A stretch of DNA of 64,000 nucleotides, taken from NCBI GenBank assembly GCA_942491135.1, contig CALNZS010000005.1, positions 58,260-122,259 on the forward strand, read 5' to 3'. Below the pieces are notes generated by a model. The model saw only the letters and a program-made list of their open reading frames with translations. It did not search any database and was not told where the DNA came from. This DNA comes from an uncultured Gammaproteobacteria bacterium (lineage in GTDB: Bacteria; Pseudomonadota; Gammaproteobacteria; Pseudomonadales; Azotimanducaceae). The translations under genes and the position numbers were made by a program. Every line of letters starts with the position of its first letter. Within the stretch, counting starts at the first letter, position 1. Shown in pieces: positions 63,356 to 64,000 of this stretch.

Positions 63356-64000
63356 CTAGAACTGAATCCGTTTGGTGAAGCCGCCGTCGATCACCAGGTT
63401 GGCACCGGTGGTGAACGCACCGCACGGGCTCGCCAGCAGGGCGATCTGCGCAGCGACCTCGTCCGCCGAGCCGAGGCGGCCGAGCGGAATCTCGGCGACG
63501 GTCTGGTCGTAGAACGGCGTCATGTGCTTCTTGATGTTGTCCCAGGCACCGCCCTCGATGAAGATCGGGCCCGGACAGATCGAATTGACCCGGATTCCCT
63601 TCGGTCCCAGATCCTGGGCCAGCGCGCCCGCATACTGAATCATCGCACCCTTCATGGCGTTGTAGGCATTGGCGGCGATGAACTTCTCCAGCGCGGCGGT
63701 CGACGAGATCATGACGATGCTGGCGTTCTTGGATTTCTCGAGATGCGGCAGAGTTGCTTCCACCAGCCGGACCGTGCCGAGCACGTCGTGCTCGAAGTTG
63801 GCCCGCCAGCCCGCTTCGCCGGGGGCGTTGCCGCCGCTGACGTTGGAAACCAGGCAGTCGATGCCGCCAAGAGCGTCGGCCGAGGCTTCCACCCAGTTTT
63901 TCAGGTCCTCCCCGTTGCCGACATCCACAGCCTGACCGAACGCTTTGACACCCTTGCCCTCGAGTGCCTTCACCGCCGCCTGGACATCGCTGTCCGTGCG
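63356..64000 (-). CDS. SDR family oxidoreductase; N-terminus beyond the window edge
   Basis: The frame is open to nt 64000. YNAMKGAM catalytic motif, C-terminal GANLVIDGG. Confidence 0.88.
   Translation of the reverse strand, partial: RTDSDVQAAVKALEGKGVKAFGQAVDVGNGEDLKNWVEASADALGGIDCLVSNVSGGNAPGEAGWRANFEHDVLGTVRLVEATLPHLEKSKNASIVMISSTAALEKFIAANAYNAMKGAMIQYAGALAQDLGPKGIRVNSICPGPIFIEGGAWDNIKKHMTPFYDQTVAEIPLGRLGSADEVAAQIALLASPCGAFTTGANLVIDGGFTKRIQF

Overview
GC-rich, very gene-dense proteobacterial-type window with about 66 CDS. I saw no rRNA, tRNA, CRISPR array, transposase or integrase. nt 1-2723 is a denitrification/copper module: a NirK-cytochrome c fusion (5' truncated by the window edge), NirV and an SCO1/SenC chaperone. 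The remaining ~61 kb is one large accessory catabolic island built from repeated cassettes. It holds 4 stand-alone Rieske oxygenase alpha subunits, 2 cytochrome P450s, 12 SDRs, 7 NTF2/SnoaL-like proteins and 4 acyl-CoA-dehydrogenase-family proteins (one adjacent pair). It also holds a split MaoC hydratase pair, an enoyl-CoA hydratase, an acyl-CoA synthetase, 2 EcKL/APH-type small-molecule kinases (one coupled to a HAD hydrolase), 2 LLM and 3 PPOX flavin/deazaflavin-type oxidoreductases, 3 VOC proteins and 3 AhpD/CMD proteins. Transport and regulation are covered by 2 TonB-dependent receptors, 3 MFS transporters, an E1alpha/E1beta/AcoX/E2 2-oxoacid-dehydrogenase-type cluster and one TetR regulator. 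The content resembles sterol, terpenoid or other hydrophobic-substrate side-chain oxidation, but the substrate cannot be named from sequence. Most noteworthy: (1) an AhpD/CMD gene with an in-frame TGA at the second Cys of its CxxC motif plus a SECIS-like hairpin, a candidate selenoprotein. (2) A ~21-nt motif, ACCGTCA-N4-TGAYTGT-TTT, recurs in at least 13-14 intergenic regions and looks like the operator of a single regulon covering the island. (3) An unannotated 55-codon rubredoxin gene, below the ORF-track cutoff, is translationally coupled to an MFS transporter. (4) A HAD + kinase + SDR + ene-reductase operon resembles a split ACAD10/LvaA-type hydroxyacyl phosphorylation module. (5) NTF2-like genes are translationally coupled to Rieske alpha genes and may be cryptic beta subunits. 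Many start codons are TTG/GTG and were chosen by RBS and homology logic, so starts are less certain than stops.
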